Shown one piece after another: positions 62,901-64,000 of a DNA stretch of 64,000 bases. The stretch is taken from the NCBI RefSeq assembly GCF_052425735.1, contig NC_135758.1, forward strand, positions 28,334,001 through 28,398,000, read 5' to 3'. This DNA is from Oculina patagonica. Lineage: Eukaryota. Made by a program: the position numbers and the translations under genes. The notes under the pieces were generated by a model. That model did no database searches. It had not been told where the DNA came from and saw only the letters and a program-made list of their open reading frames with translations. The first letter of the stretch is position 1. Every line of letters starts with the position of its first letter.

Positions 62901-64000
62901 CATCCTGGTTATAGCGTTGGCGGTCTGGTATTTCAGGTAATAACAGTTGAAGTCTTTGGTCGTCCTTCTTTTACTTGAAGTTTAGACAGTTTGGTTTCTG
63001 ATGACAGTCAACTCTCGTTTAAGACTGACACCATTGGGACCGGCCGCATTGTCTGTCTTAAAACGCTTCCACTGCTAGGCGTAAAGGCATACGTGTAATA
63101 TAGCCGGCATAAGCGTAAAGTAAAAGTGAGAACAGAGGCAACATCAGCATTGTTAACTGCAGGCACAAGCGTAAAATAATGAAAGGACCATATTCTTCTT
63201 TATAGTTGTCACTACTACAAATTTTTTTTTTTTTCAACTTGCGATATAAGCATTTTCAAAAATAAGCGCATGAAGAACAGTTTTGTTCCCTTGTGCTTAT
63301 ACGTTTGCGTTATACCTCATGCCGCTGTGATTCGTATAGTACAGTGACCTCGACAAAAGGATCCTCGACGAGATTTCTTATGGAGGTTGTTTATAGGGTT
63401 GTTTTTTTTTTTTTTTTTTTTTCAAAATTATCTCGTCGCCAATGTAGAACCGCCAAAAGTTCAATAAAAGACAAATCGTATTTTAATCGACTTGTCCGCC
63501 ACGGCACATTTCACAGTACACTACTTTTGTTTGTAACTAGAATGCATTACCACCAGCCTAATATATTCGGAAAACAATTAGCTGACATCGATTGGCTCTT
63601 ACGACATTCCTTCAACAATTCACAGAAGCTCGACACTACAGTGAGGAGAGCATATGAAAAATGATAGCATTCGTTGTTCCCATCTATGCATCGTTTACTC
63701 TTTGTTCATACTTTTTGTCGTGCGCATGGTTACATCACAAAAAATAACTGTCTAGGAAACTCATCCTCGAGTTGCATCTAATGACAAGAAAAATTCCATT
63801 AGATCGAATATTAAAAATGGGATGATATGGTCCACCTTGTCATAGGTGAAATGAAATAGGGAGTAGCCATCAATACTAGAAAAAATCTTAGACATGTCTT
63901 GGTTTAGTTTACTTTAAAACAAATTGCCTAACACCTCTGTTAGTTTTGACTCGCACAGCCTTTTTATGTTTGAACAGGGTAAAAATTCCCGGTCTTCCAT
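47552..64000 (+). CDS. LRP-like receptor 2: propeller-EGF, 3xSRCR, propeller-EGF, S/T stalk, EGF, SEA-like, TM (3' end outside window, start codon unresolved)
   Basis: Exons 47552-47653 (probable signal), 50414-50831, 51992-52404, 52831-52965, 54456-54491, 55425-55766, 56425-56454, 57023-57364, 57960-58289, 58681-59062, 59461-59885, 60310-60834, 61027-61070, 61560-61651, 62427-62936, probable 63978-. SRCR motifs [50 protein letters not shown]. Confidence 0.85.
48820..49190 (-). repeat. Tandem tRNA-derived repeat (~1.5 units)
   Basis: CCCGACGGGAATCGAACCCATGGC occurs twice (B-box GGTTCGATTCCC on the minus strand), each preceded by TTTTTCAACAATGACAC. Confidence 0.7.
50097..50375. repeat. Degenerate (ACTG)n microsatellite
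   Basis: Directly visible. Confidence 0.85.
51119..51375. other. Assembly gap (N run), intronic
   Basis: N characters. Confidence 1.
52450..52710 (+). mobile_element. Degenerate copy of the tRNA-derived SINE
   Basis: GCGGTGGTCTTATAGTTAGTGCG..GACAAGATGCTTTA..CAGGGGGAGT, co-linear with 9339-9638. Confidence 0.55.
53038..53615. mobile_element. MITE with GGAGCCC subterminal repeats
   Basis: GTCTCAAAGGGG / CCCCTTTGAGAC inverted ends and many GGAGCCC(T/G) direct repeats. Confidence 0.6.
53730..54356. mobile_element. piggyBac-type non-autonomous element
   Basis: TTAA|CCCTTA ... TAAGGG|TTAA. Confidence 0.75.
54735..55376. mobile_element. GC-rich non-autonomous DNA transposon, TAG..CTA termini with 9 bp TSD (AcademH-like)
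   Basis: Perfect 28 bp TIR TAGCCTGCGAACAGGCTCCCGAGTGGGG. Exact TSD CTAAATATT at 54726-54734 and 55377-55385. Confidence 0.85.
55980..56300 (-). mobile_element. 5'-truncated CR1/L2-type LINE tail
   Basis: Minus-strand [35 protein letters not shown] (resembles a LINE ORF2 C-terminus), then AATAAA and a (TCTA)n tail. Confidence 0.6.
61692..61980. repeat. ~43 bp minisatellite (about 7 units), intronic
   Basis: Repeats of TTTCAATTTCCATGTCATTTACAGGGTCGAGACAGGCTCCCT. Confidence 0.85.

Overview
Intron-rich, AT-rich animal genomic DNA. The repeat families and gene content suggest a cnidarian, probably a stony coral (inference). Left part: the 5' end of RAD50 (-), head-to-head with a CISD3/MiNT-like gene (+) whose intron 1 holds a 3.5 kb Mutator-like element (42 bp TIRs, 9 bp TSD, Ulp1-protease/PHD remnant), then a complete 8-exon ITPA (-). 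Centre: two tandem GPI-type Ly6/uPAR (three-finger) genes (-), divergent from two tandem LRP-like single-pass receptor genes (+) with no recognisable LDL-A repeats. Receptor 1 = 3x(YWTD propeller-EGF), ~380-aa (Ser-Pro)n stalk, EGF, SEA-like domain, TM and a Tyr-motif-rich tail. Receptor 2 = propeller-EGF, 3xSRCR, propeller-EGF, S/T stalk, EGF, SEA-like domain with RRRR, TM, and runs off the window. The best candidate for an undescribed system is this Ly6-pair/LRP-like-pair cluster with a propeller-for-SRCR module swap. Also present: many MITEs, SINEs, LINE tails, a Penelope relic with a degenerate hammerhead-like core, a 146 bp inverted copy of an ITPA exon/intron junction, and two N gaps. 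All gene models were spliced by eye without transcript data.
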